A stretch of 64,000 nucleotides of DNA. Source: Podospora anserina. Taxonomy: Eukaryota. The DNA lies in assembly GCA_017654855.1 (NCBI GenBank), contig CM030333.1:620001-684000 (forward strand). The letters are read 5' to 3'. Made by a program: the position numbers and the translations under genes. Positions 12,639 to 25,379 of the stretch are shown here, piece after piece. Within the stretch, counting starts at the first letter, position 1. Each line of letters begins with the position of its first letter. The notes below the pieces were generated by a model that did no database searches, had not been told where the DNA came from, and worked only from the letters and a program-made list of their open reading frames with translations.

Positions 12639-13731
12639 TTATGAGATTGTGCAAATGACCTTCCCCATGGTCTCATTCCCCTCCAACACCTCATGTCCCT
12701 TCTGAATCTCCTCCCAAGGCAAAACCCTATCAACAAACACCTTCAGCTCACCCTTCTCAAACTTTGGAAGATACTCCTGCTCCAACCTATCCCTCAGCTT
12801 CCCCTGATACTCCTCATCCCTACTCCTCAACGTACTCCCCTCCACCCTCACCCTCTTATACAACAGCTTCCCAATATTAACCCTATCCGGCGTCTGCATG
12901 CCCCCCATCAACCCCAGCATCACAAGCCTCCCATCCCTCGCCACCACATCCAGATTCTTCTCAAAGTAACTCCCCCCAACAAAATCAACAATAAGATCCA
13001 CCCCCTTCCCACCCGTAGCCTCCAAAACCCCCTTCACCCAATCCTCGCTCTTGTAATTAAACCCCTTCGTCGCCCCCAACGTCCCCTCAATGAACTTGAT
13101 CTTCTCCCCCGTCCCAGCCGTAGCATATATCTCCTTCGCCCCCGACACTCTCGACAGCTGTATCCCCGAAATCGACACCGAGCTCGCCCCAGCATGCCAC
13201 AGTATCGTCTTCCCCTCCGCACCCCCCAGCACAAAATCCAACGCTTGAAGCGCGGTAATCCACGTCTCTGGTATTCCAGCCGCCTGCTCAAACGACAACC
13301 AGTTCGGTTTATGCAAGAGCATCCGGGTAGAGACAGAGATGTACTCCGCATACGCCCCACCATAAGCCAAACCGAAGACCTCGTCTCCCTTCTTGAAGTG
13401 CTCGTGTTCCTGGTTTGGCTCGTCTCCACCGAAAGAGACGATCGTGCCGCTGAATTCTACTCCTAGGGTGGACGGTGCCTGGGGAGGGAGGGGGTAGTTC
13501 CCTTCTCTTTGGAGGAGATCCATACGGTTGAGGCCAAAGGCCTTGATTCTGACGAGGGCGTGGCCTGCTGGGGGATGGGGGATGGGGGTGGAGGGGTTGA
13601 TGAAGAGGGCTGAGGCGGGACCTTTGCCGTTTTTGATGTCTGCGGTTGAGGTTAGTGGTTGGTTGAGATGACGGGGGTGGTGATGGTGATGGTGAGGGGG
13701 ACTTACCGACTGCTTTCATGAGATCAGGCAT
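12639..13731 (-). CDS. NAD(P)H:quinone oxidoreductase, PIG3 family (MDR / zeta-crystallin-like). Exons 13731-13707, 13639-12639
   Basis: Spliced N-terminus MPDLMKAVDIKNGKGPASALFIN. Motifs LGVEFSG, GGAYAEY, AAGIPETWITA, HAGASSV, GSTLRSR and a C-terminal GKVIC. Intron is GTAAGT..CTAAC..CAG (13706-13640). Confidence 0.93.
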
Positions 13732-16092
13732 TTTGTCAGAATTTCAGGCTGAGCGTTTCGATGAGTGACTGAATTGGTGAGTGGCAGGAAAATAAAAACC
13801 GATATAAAACACGCTGTTAATAGACACATAAACGCCGTTGATTAGAACGGAAGACGTTGAAAGCGGCGGCTTATAAATGGTGGGGTTTAGACGGATGACG
13901 TTATGATATGGCGGGGTATATCCGAGGAAGACATCTGTGATCCGGCCCCATCCAGCAACCACCAACCGGCCGGGTGCCGACATTGTGCAACAGGCAATCA
14001 ACGTCGAGGGTACCGGCCGGTCTCCGCACACGACGTCTACCGACAGGCTGTCCGGGCACGACCTGATGGTCTGGGACTTGGCATATTGCATGAAAGGAAT
14101 GTGGTGCAACAACAAGGGAAAGTCGGACACAACAGCCATGTCCGGCAATGAAAGGAACACTTGTTTCGTTGACCATTTTGAGAAAACAAAGCAGCTAGCC
14201 AATACATTCAGAGGCCAAAGGATGAAAGCACTCAGAAGCCGTCGTCCTTGATAATCAGCGATTCAGCATCATCCATGCCGTCTGGCAAAGACGGTGTGAG
14301 AGCCAGAGTTGAGCAAAACTAAAGTTCAAGATCACCAACACAATATACTATGCTTCGTGTTGTTGTTTGTGTCACGCTCTCTTCGCTATGGGCACCATAT
14401 GCAGCATCTTGCATAGTGGGTAATAGATGGCGGAAATTACACACACCTATTGGACCTGCATCTGCCAACATGTCCAAGAGTTTGAAGCGGTAAGCGTCAA
14501 TACATCCGGCATCGGACTGCACATTCCAGCGAGGGTTTTTTTTTTTTCCTTATCTTCTGGACGCGTGTTTGATAGACATGATCAACAGGTGGTGACAGGT
14601 TGACAGGAAAGATGACGTCGTCCCGAACATCCGGATCGGGTCGCCGTGGCATCGCGGGACTCGGCCATCAACGGCGGATCATAGGGCCTGGGCAAACTTG
14701 GAACATGTGAAGGGAGCTCCACAGTCAGTCGACTGGTTGGGCCGGGTTCCTTCAGGGGGGCTGGAAGAAAAAGTTCCTGTTGTTAGCAAGGAGATGGGCA
14801 TAACGGGGCCGGCCTTTTAATGAAGCTTCAGGCCCCCATAAAACAATGGGGCCAATCGGCTGGGAGGGAGTCCAGAACAAACACGGCGTTTTCCAGAAAT
14901 AGCCGGCGCATTTCCTGAACGACCGGGTCGAACCGTGATAAAAAACGAAGTGATGATTTATCAATGCGAGCCACCAATTGACAAATACGCAAAGAGGCAG
15001 CAATACGAGACCACCACAGATGACATGTCGATATTTAGCGCCCGGTTGACCTGATTTGGCCGATGCTGGGTGGGGTGGTGGTGATGCGATGGAAGCGGTG
15101 AAAACCTGGGAAGAACGGCGGTTGATCTGCCGGAACAACCATGCCCTGAATTCAGGCAGGATCTCGACGCGTTAGCCAGAGTGCGTGATCTTGCCGAGCA
15201 CCGCTATCGCGCGCTAACATCATCATTGTTGTCACTGATGAGATGGGATGGGATGGATGCAGCATGCAGCAAAGTGCAGGAAGGAGGTGTGGGTGGTGGT
15301 AGCGGCCCACCTGCAAGGTACGAACCAAACAGTCGCCTGTGTGCCACCTCATCTGTTCATTTCCGCCGATAGCAAAGGTGCTATTTCCAGGCACGCCCAG
15401 AAGCCCCGAAAACACCGGCTTGATATGTATCGCTTCGTTTTGTTCTTGAAGAAGAGCTCCAGCATGTTCCTGGTCGCAAACACGTTCATGGAATATGGCC
15501 ATGAGACGCGCTGCGAAGAGGCGCGGTGACGACGACTTGCATCGACGGCAAGCTGAAGAGAAACCTCTCATTAAACGGCTGAGAGAGGCCCAGGCGCAAC
15601 AGGAAATTGGGCTGTTGCTGGCACCTGCCACGATGTGCCATCCATTTCCGAAGAGGCAATTGACAGCCTCCCGTTGGCCGCCACCGCCTGGCCAAGGATC
15701 CACACTCCCCTTTTCCACCCTACCCCTGACAAAACCCCCTGCTCGGCTGCTTGATGTGATCCATTTTCGGAGACACGCTATCACAGCGAGAGGATCCTGG
15801 ATCCGCTGGTTCGCCTGGCTCTCCTGGCAACCCCAAGGAAAAATCGGCTCTCTCTGGGGGGGCAGGCTGGGTTTCCCCGTCCATTTGGCGAGTATCGCTA
15901 TATAACTCGTGTCCGCTCTCCAAAATGATCCCGTTTCCCTTTTCTCTCTTCACCCACTCGCTCTCTATCAGCCCTGACTTTTAAGTCAAGTACATTCGTT
16001 CTTCAACGACAGCGCCTTCACCACCAACTCACCATCCTCTCCAACGTACATACTTTCGAGTATATAATTTAATACCCGACAAATCAGTCAAA

Positions 16093-16711
16093 ATGAAGTT
16101 CTCCACTGCCGTCCTTGCCCTCGCCGCCGGCGCCAACGCCTTCAAGAACGTCACCTACACCACCGAGGTCGTCACTGCCATCACCACCTACTGCCCCGAG
16201 CCCACCACTGTCGAGTATGGCGGCACCACCTACACCATCACTGAGGTACGATCTTCCAAAGAGAGACGACCGGGAAAGAACCACTGGAGCTTTGTTTCAG
16301 AACTGGGACGCTTTCTGGGGAACAACCGAGCTTGATCTCGATCCACCGGTTCTAGAACATCACCGCTAACTCAACCTCACAGGCCACCACTCTGACCATC
16401 ACCGACTGCCCTTGCACTGTCAAGAAGCCTGTCACTACCATCTCGTCAGTGATCTGCCACGACTGGTGCGTCCCTAACATCGAATTGGGATTCGCCATTC
16501 CTGTTGAACGTCCAATGCTAACATTTTCTCCAGCGCCCCTGTTTACCACAACAGCACCGTTGCCCCTGGCCCCACCACCACCCCCGTTGGCACCATCGGC
16601 CAGCCCGCCCCCACCCAGCCTCCTCTCGCCACTGCTGGTGCCGGCAAGGCTGCTGCCCTTTCCGGCGGTGCCCTCGCTGGTGTCCTCGGCTTCGTTGCCC
16701 TTGCCCTCTAA
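16093..16711 (+). CDS. ccg-6: Small GPI-anchored cell-wall protein, clock-controlled gene 6 (ccg-6)/Mmc-like. Exons 16093-16245, 16383-16465, 16534-16711
   Basis: Signal peptide, YTTEVVTAITTYCPEPTT...TTLTITDCPCTV motif, and hydrophobic GPI tail (AGAGKAAALSGGALAGVLGFVALAL). TATA box ~15899; CAAAATG start context; two canonical introns. Confidence 0.88.
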
Positions 16712-17710
16712 GTTTTCTGCCTGTCATGACCACATTTTACCCGCTGCGGCTTTCGGGGCTTTGAGAGCTGTCAAGCTCCGGCCCTGGGAAGACCGGCTAG
16801 TAATACTTAATCAAGTCTTTTCATGATCTGGGATGGAACATTTTTTTTTTTAAAAAAGGATACCAATGGCAATGATGTTTCAAGGGAATACAAAGGGGAA
16901 GTTCGAGGGGATCTAGGATCCCGGGAAAAGGATGATGGGATGGGATAGAGTTGGAATACCCTCATGATGTGGTTGTGCAAGGGAAACATTTCGCTCCTGC
17001 GGAGGACGGTTGTCACCTTGCCAAGTTGTCGAGTCATCATTTTTCTGGCGGGTGTTTTGGGAGATTGGTTTACCCCCTTTCCCCGAGCACAGTCGAGGTT
17101 TCTTGAAGCTCACAGCATCTTTTTGGAAAAGTGTTTCGGATCTTACGGACCAAAATATCAACGCTTTTCAGCCTCGCCTCTTCTCTTCTCCTGTGTTATT
17201 CTTTCCTACTTTCAATTGTGCTCTGCCTGTACATGCTTTTTCTATCAAGTTGTAAATGTTTGATGGGCACAATGATGGGTTTCTGCCGGGCGTGTTTATG
17301 GCTTCTGCTTTGAGGGAGAGGAGGGACACAATAATATCTTTATTTTTCGTGGGTCATGTACATAGTTGTGTATCTTCTCTCTATTGCTCAAAGAGCTAGT
17401 TTTGGTCCGGTGGCCTATCCTTTGTACATTTCTCTCGGTTCCTCTTTTTTTTTGTTGCATCTGTGACGGGAGTTTTATGAGATACCATTGATACCTGATG
17501 TTTCTACTCGTATTGACTTGATCGATTGACTGAGGTTGAAACCTGGCGAAAAGAGAGACACGGGATCCCGGATTGGGAGTTCAACTCGATGTTGTTTCAA
17601 TTGATATTTTGTGAACTTCAAGGCAGGGAGAAAGCTGGTTATGCAGGGTGTCACTGTATGCAGCACTGAATCATGATTCGAATCGTGCATTTTTCGGAAA
17701 CCCTTCCCGT

Positions 17711-17711
<1 letters not shown>

Positions 17712-17747
<36 letters not shown>
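17712..17747 (+). repeat. Poly(T) tract, 36 nt
   Basis: Uninterrupted T run in intergenic DNA. Confidence 0.95.
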
Positions 17748-17748
<1 letters not shown>

Positions 17749-19594
17749 TATTTCCCTTTTCCCGCAGTTCCCGCCCCCGTGTTGCTGGAACCTGGATGCT
17801 GGGACGTGCCGGGTAAAGACATTGTGTTGGTGTTCCAGGTTCCCAATATCGCCTTTTCTTGCCCGCCGGATGGCCTCGGGTGTGTCAACCTTTCAAGACA
17901 CAAAGTTCTCAATGGCGGTGACAGTGCAACGTTTCATCAACCATGAGGTAGGTTTCGCTGAGAATTGCCAACGGAGAAAAGTCATCAATGACCAATTCAA
18001 GTCCCCGGTCCTGAACCAAGCAGTTGCAGTGTGAAGTCCGAATCCTGTAATGCCACCATGATCAACCTCCACCGTTGAAGCTGTCGGCCGTTGACCGCTG
18101 CTACCTTGCCACGATTCTGTCGTTCTCAGAATAGGAATGATCATCCCTCTTTTTATTCTAGAATCTCGATGCAGTTTATTACATTTCATAACCATAACCA
18201 TATCGAAAGGCTTTCGTCTATCTCCATCATCATGTTCCTTCCTAATAAAAATCCCTAGAACAGCTCACCAGGGAAACAATCTCACTCTCTTCAAAAGAGC
18301 CGGCGGCACAGCCATCACCTCACCACATCACAACAGCAGAAACCAATGCAAACAATTCCCGCCTGACTCTGCATGAATTGATAGCGTGAGAGAAAAGACG
18401 AGATGAGCGTTCTTAGCGCCCAGACCGTCACGAACCAAGCAGATTACGGATGATACGGAGTGAATTACGAGATGATGATAGCTGCACGCCCTAATCTTAG
18501 GGGGGGTGTGGAAGAAGGAATGGTAAGCGAGATTTGATTGTTCTGTGCTCACGCACCAGGAGAAAGTCCGGGCACTTGGACTGTGCAGGTGAAGAGGGAA
18601 AATGGAAAAATGAAAATAATGAGAGATGATGGATTGGAGAGCAAAAGGAAAGGTTTGCGGTGCTTCGTAAGAGAGATACGATATGATGACAGGAAGGTCG
18701 TTGATAAGACGGAAGAAAAGCCTCGGTTGGTTTTATGCAGTGCATAAACTTCACACCAAACACATCCCAAACCACTGACTTTGGTGTAAGACAATTGGCT
18801 CTTTTCCCCGCCGTTATCAGCCGCCAAACAGTTCAACGACTCTCTTAAACATGAAGAAAAGATCGCCCCCCCAAAACGGCAGCCATGATGATTCGGCGGC
18901 GTTGAACAAATTGCCAATGATCATCGGGTGAGCCACTCGAAGCACATGTTTTTTAAAGTTCAGACCGTCGGCCAGTGGCCAGCCAAGATTTCCTTCCCCA
19001 TGGGGAACAACGGTCGAGAGCGGGTATCAAAACGCGGGGAAGCGGAGTCTTGACTTACACGATCCTCATATCATTCACGATCGAACAACAAAGCAACCAG
19101 TTCCATCTTTCCGTGAGATCCAAGGCACTCGGTATTGTCGAGAAAGTTATCTGGTGATTTTAGCAATGCCATGTAGTTAGGTTGGGTAGCACCAGCTTAG
19201 AGAGGGGACAGGGCGACCAATGGTTCGTCGCCTTTAGTTGGGGTCCATTGATTGCCCCGCGCGGCCGATCCCCTTCCCCGGGAGGAAGGGCACGATAGAA
19301 CTGCATGGCACCTTCATTGTTCGGGAGTCGGGGCAACGGATTATATGCGGGGGAGAACGTGCAGCACCGCGGTTACAACTCTCTTACCTTCACCACCAGC
19401 TTTTAGATATAGAGTTCTTCCATCATATATTCATATCATCATATGTTTCAACATACTTTTACATCTTTATTGTACCACTACTTGTACTTGTGCTCCTCCG
19501 ATATTTGGTATCTTGTTCCTGTCACCTGTGACATCATCTCATCACACCGCCGACCTCACTCGCCTCGCTCCATCTCAGTATCAAGACAACAAAA

Positions 19595-21863
19595 ATGACC
19601 AAAGACCACCCCCAAAACCACACCCAAACACACTCCCTCACCTCCCCCGAAACCTTCTGGTCTCACCAAGCCGATCAACTTCATTGGCACAAGAAACCCG
19701 CCACCGTCCTCCAAAAGACAACCAAACAACTCCCTTCTGGTATCTCTCACGACCACTGGGCCTGGTTCCCTGACGGCGAGATCTCCACATGCTACAACTG
19801 CATCGATCGTCACGTCCTTGCTGGCAGGGGGGATGCTCCTGCCATCTTGTATGACAGCCCGGTCACGAACAAGAAGGAGACATACACCTATGCCAGGTTA
19901 CTCGACGAGGTGGAGATCTTTGCGGGTGTGCTGAGAGAGGAGGGGGTGAAGAAGGGGGATGTGGTGCTTGTTTATAGTAAGTATCCAATTCTCTCTTTCG
20001 AGGACAGGATTGATACTGACAAAGACTGAAGTGCCCATGATACCTGCTGCCCTGATCGGAATTCTAGCTATCAATCGTCTTGGTGCGATCCATGCCGTTG
20101 TGTTTGGCGGTTTTGCTTCTGGGGCACTGGCCCAAAGAATTGAGGCTTCGAAGCCGGTTGCTATCCTGACTGCTTCTTGCGGGATAGAGGGGAATAAGGG
20201 GCCGATTGGGTACCAGGGTTTTGTGGAGGACGCGATGAAGATTTCGAGTTGGAGGCCGCCAAAGACTATTATTTGGTAAGTCTCAAGTCGGACTCTAGCA
20301 TTTCACAGCTGACAATAACACAGGCAAAGAGACGAGCTGCCATGGCGACCCATTGATAGAGCGAATGGCCAACGAAAATGGCAGGCCCTGGTCAAGAGCT
20401 GCCGTGCTAGAGGTTGGCGAGCGGCGTGTGTTCCTGTCAAGTCGACAGATGGCGTCTACATCATCTACACCAGTGGCACGACGGGTCTGCCAAAGGGTGT
20501 GCTGAGAGAAGCTGGCGGCCATGCCGTCGGTCTGCACCTGATGATCTCGTATCTCTTTGGTGTCCATGGTCCTGGTGATGTGGTAAGTACTCTGTGTCTT
20601 TGACATCCTTCATGACTTACTGACACGCATCAGATGGGATGCTACAGCGATATTGGCTGGGTCGTCTCTCACAGCTATACTTTATACGGCCCCCTCTTGA
20701 CCGGCGCTGCAACCGTCTTATATGAGGGCAAGCCAGTCGGCACCCCTGATGCCTCGGCCTTCTGGCGTCTGGCCGAAGAGTACAAGATCAACACCATGTT
20801 CACTGCCCCCACCGCCCTCCGCGCAATCCGCAAAGAAGATCCGGATAACATCCATTTCTCTCGTGTTGGTGAGCGCGGAGGTCTCAAGAACCTTCGAGCA
20901 CTATTCCTGGCCGGCGAAAGATCAGAACCATTCATCATCACCATGTATCAGGACCTGCTAGCCAAACATGCTGCACCTGGCGCACTGGTGATCGACAACT
21001 GGTGGTCATCCGAATCCGGCTCCCCCATCTCGGGCATCGCTCTCGTGCCCCATGCAGGTCATGACAGAGCCAACCCCACCTCCTCTGCCTCACACCCACC
21101 GCTGAAGATAAAACCTGGTTCGGCAGGCAAAGCTATGCCTGGATTTGATGTCCGCGTCGTGTCTGACTCTGGTGAACCTCTACCACCAAACACCATGGGC
21201 AATATTGTCCTAGGCCTCCCACTTGCCCCTACTGCCTTCAGGACTCTGTGGGGAGATGAGGAAAGGTTCTACAAGGGTTACCTCAAACGCTTCGACGGGA
21301 AGTACATAGACACCGGTGACGCAGGTGTCATTGATGAGGATGGCTACATCCATATCATGGCACGCTCAGACGACATCATCAATGTGGCTGCTCATCGGTT
21401 GTCCACTGGCCAACTGGAGCAAGCTATCACCACCCACCCTGACGTCACGGAAGCATGTGTGGTTGGCATCCCTGACGCACTGAAGGGGCAGATGCCGTTT
21501 GCTTTCATCAGCACTTCCCACGGAGCGGCAACTACAAAAGAGAAGAAGGAGAAACTGTTTCAGGAGATACAGATCCTGGTCAGGAAGCAAGTGGGTGCTA
21601 TTGCGAGTTTGGGGGGGATGATTGAGGGTAAGGGGATGATTCCCAAGACGAGGTCAGGGAAGACGCTGAGGAGGGTGTTGAAGGAGTTGTTGGAGAATGC
21701 GGTGCATGGGGAGGTGGACAAGGAGTTGAATGTTCCCAGTACGGTGGAGGATATGGGGGTTGTGGAGGTGGCGAGGGGGAAGGTGAGGGAGTACTTTGCG
21801 GAGTTGGAGAGGAAGGGGGAGAGGCATGCGAGCATTGAGGGGAGGGAGAAGGCGAAGCTTTAG
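19595..21863 (+). CDS. Short-chain acyl-CoA synthetase (propionyl-CoA synthetase PrpE/ACSS3-like). Exons 19595-19976, 20032-20275, 20324-20582, 20634-21863
   Basis: WFPDGEISTCYNCIDRHV, AMP-binding YIIYTSGTTGLPKG, SDIGWVVSHSY, DNWWSSE, DTGDAG, RSDDIINVAAHRL and PKTRSGK. Three in-frame GTAAGT introns. C-terminus is -AKL. Confidence 0.93.
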
Positions 21864-22503
21864 GGGAGTATCTTGCGGTGATGATCGGTGTGATGATGAG
21901 AGTGGGGAGTGATGTTATGATAATTACCACGAGGCATGTTAGGCACTTTGTCGCAAATATAGTGGAGTTCCAAGCTGTGAGGGCCACGGTCCTTGGTCGT
22001 CATCCACTGACTTTCCTTCTTCATCAATCTGCTAGTAAGCCACCTCCACCAGCGCAATTACAAGACGTTAAGGCAGAGCCCTAATTAACTTCATCCGGAC
22101 AGCTCGCAAATCAAAGTTATAATTTAATTTACTCAATCTTTTATATCCTCAACATCACGGGTTCAGAAATACCCTATTTTCATCAAGGGACAGGAATACC
22201 GCGGCCGCGCATATCTGACCATACCTTCAGTAAGGGAGCGGTACTTAAGATCCATCGACATCTACCACCGGGACCGTTTGGTATGGTGAACAATGTTGGC
22301 TACAAACTTCCGGAGAAGAGACGCGTGTGAAGGGCGAGGATAAAAAAGGTCATGATGCAGTGAGCGAGAGCTAGGAATGTAGGACTTGATATTGCCTTTG
22401 TATCAGTGCACTATCTCAACTTTTAAGGGGCATGACGGGATGTTATAAATACAATATTGCACACTATAATGTAGAATGTAAGGTCTTGAAAGATAGTAAT
22501 AAC

Positions 22504-22650
22504 TCCTCTCGGCTATCTTGAAATGCCTTTTGACTATTTTGAAGTGTCTCTTGACTATATTTGTAGGGATAGTAGCTATTTTTGGAGGCCTATAGACCAT
22601 CTTTGATGGTCTATAGAGTATCTTTGAAGGCCCATGGATTGCCTTTTAGG
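22504..22650 (+). repeat. Degenerate 21-bp tandem array, copy 3 (seven units in exact phase)
   Basis: Units start at 22504, 22525, 22546, 22567, 22588, 22609 and 22630, e.g. gccttttgactattttgaagt, gcctatagaccatctttgatg, gtctatagagtatctttgaag. Confidence 0.85.
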
Positions 22651-22986
22651 GCCTGTCAGGGGCTGTCGTCAAAGATGGTAATCACCATTCTTTTATCATC
22701 AACGCCTACCTTAATAACCCTTACGTCTCTCACTTTAGGTATGTGGCCACTGGTAAGGTTAACATCACACGGCTACACCAGGGGCCAGCCATACCCCTTC
22801 TCTGGAGGGGGTTTCACCAAAGTCACACTCCCAGTCATTCCTCGCCGTTTCTTTTCAACCACCGGCAGGCAACCTACCTCACTGCCTACAAGTCAACCGT
22901 CACCAGTCAAAGGCTAACCACCAGTCAAGCAGGTAAGCAACAAAGCTGTGCACCAGATTTTGCCTTTCATCTCGATATTGTCAGCT

Positions 22987-24830
22987 CACACACACACACA
23001 CACACACAAACACACAAGATCTTGGCACACTTCCAGCGACAGTAGCCACCACAGTCCCTCATCCGGACGACGGACAAAACAGCAGCAGTAGCACGCTTGT
23101 GACTTTGGGGCGAGGTAGCATTTTTGCACTTCTTTTTCGGCCCGGATCTGCGTTGTGCTACACCCAGCGTCTAGATCTCGGAAGCCCCCAGTGTGTATGT
23201 GTGCGCGTGTGTTCATGTCTACGATTCGCGCGCGTCATTGATGCGGGTGGGTGGTATGTCAATCTTGAAGAGAATCATGATCTGACTTGTTATTTTAGAG
23301 AGAAAAAATATCAACAATAGTTTGAGGGAAAATGGTTGGGCATCAAGATACGCCGCGGGAAGCCGCGTCTTTCTCCCCGGGCTGTTCCCTGCAGACAAGA
23401 CAGGAGGGAAGAGAATCAAAACTTGAAGTGTGTGTGTGTGTGTGTGTGTGTTCAAGTCCACGGCGTCGACCTATCTCACCACGCTAGTCTTGCTCAACAA
23501 GCTGCTAATGCATGATCTACCTGACCACGCATACACACAGGAAACTGCGCAGTGGTGTTCCCGGTGGCGGCAGTGGAGGGTGTGTATGTGTGTGTGTGTG
23601 TGAGAGAGAGAGAGAGGTGTCTAGTACGGTGGTATGACAGCCAGACCACCAGATGGGAGTTACACCAAAGGGACGGATCATGTCCGGGAATGGGGGGCGG
23701 GGAGTCTGGACTCGAGAAGCAAAGCAAAACACCTCTCTGCTTTTTTCTCAGCTAATTCTCTTTTGTCTCTTTTTTTTTCACCAAGTCTTGTCATGGTAGT
23801 AGCTGAGAGCTGTCTAGTACACACACACCCCTATTCCTACCCCTATGATCTCTTCCACCTGCCCCCGCCCAAAGAGAAAATTGGCCACCCGGACACCCGA
23901 CTCGATATTAAACTCGTCTTTTTACCGCCCCGAAACCACGTAAGATCCACCCCCTTTTCCTCCTCCAATCCCCCCATCACGAGGCTTGGCGCCGCTGGTG
24001 GAAGGGAAGAAAGTGACGAGTTCGTTTTGTACGACACGGGGCAAAGAACCTGGCGATGATGGACCGATAATATACCAATCCTTCTGTAGCACCAAACCCT
24101 TACCTCAGCAAAAAGAACTTCATTGGAAGAGATCGATCCTGCGGAAGGGAGGGGAGGGTGGGGGGGGAGGCAAAGAAACACTGGTTTGGTCAAACAGGAA
24201 AGAAAGAGATACACAGAAGTGACGGACGGGTATACGGTGGTGGTAAAAAGAAGCTAGGAAATCGAGTGAGACATTCCACACTACTCCGTATACACAGTGA
24301 CACACGGTAAGAAGAAAAGAGGAAAGAAAAAGGTGGCTTGTGATGAGACAGCCCGTTGTTCCGTTTTCTCCGACGATTTCTTCTTCTGGGGGCTTTTCTG
24401 ATGGTGATAAAACGGACACAAGGCGCTGTCCGACAGATGGATTTGCTTCGGTGTTCTTTTCCTTCCATCGTGTGCCCTTTGTGTGCGAGATCTGAGAATA
24501 AAAAGAACGGGACATCGGGACACAGAGGTGACGTGAGAGACAGGCTGGTTATGGAGATAGCCGGTGTACTAAATAGACATTTCCGTGGCCTTGGATCGAG
24601 AGCTGTTCAACAAGGCCACTTTTTAAGTTGAAAATGCAAAAACTGCCAAAAGCAATGCTGTCAATAGTAAGTATTTTCAACAACTAAACCGCCCCATAAC
24701 CACACACATCCCACCCAGCCAGCACCTGATATCCTTCTTGACCCAGCATCCATCCTCTCCATATCGCCATCCAAGTCATGCGTCACACATACACACACAC
24801 ACTCACACACACACACACAAAAAAAAACCC
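22987..24830. repeat. Cluster of (CA/TG)n and (GA)n microsatellites
   Basis: CA runs ~22987-23007 and ~24785-24818, TG runs ~23428-23450 and ~23588-23602, followed by a GA run to ~23616. Confidence 0.85.
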
Positions 24831-25379
24831 ACAAACACACGCCCCAAAAATATGCCCCTTCCCCCGAATGACGACCACTGTTGTTGGCGCCTCACTCCCT
24901 TTCCGCCTCGTCCCACCACAACTTAATATATCCACGGCGAACATGTCCCTCCCCAATTCCTACACTTTCCCCAACCCAAAGTCTAGCTAGCGCGTGAGTG
25001 GCAGCGCAAAAGCAAAACAAGCGCGCCCGCGCGCCACCCCACCGGCCCTTCTCGACGGGGCTCGCAACGGGTAACTGCACCCTCACAGCACAGAGAGAGA
25101 AAAGAGCTGGCCACCGGTGGGGTGGTGAGCTAAGAAATCTGCATGTTTCCGTTGGGTAGACACAGTAGTCTGGGGGAGGAGCCAAGTACTGTGCTCTTGG
25201 AGTTGCCACTTCACATCTTCAGCCAGCCGACCGTCATTCGGGGTTCCCCAGCCCTTCCTTTTAGGATTCCGTCGGCTCGGGGCTGTATGGGTCGTCGTTC
25301 CAGAAGGAAAGCAGCTATTTCCAACCCCTCCCCCCATCTCAAGGTATACCACATTTTACAGTAGACAAGAGGGTTGCGT

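Noticed and set aside
22211-22300. 5S rRNA-like words (GACCATA, GTACTTAAG); also GGGTGTGGAAAA at ~54633
   Set aside because: Spacing and the remaining sequence do not fit a 5S gene; no 5S or tRNA gene could be supported anywhere in the window.
22403-22600. Small ORF with KIVKRHF heptad repeats
   Set aside because: A by-product of the 21-bp DNA array; the other array copies have stops or frame-breaking units in this frame.
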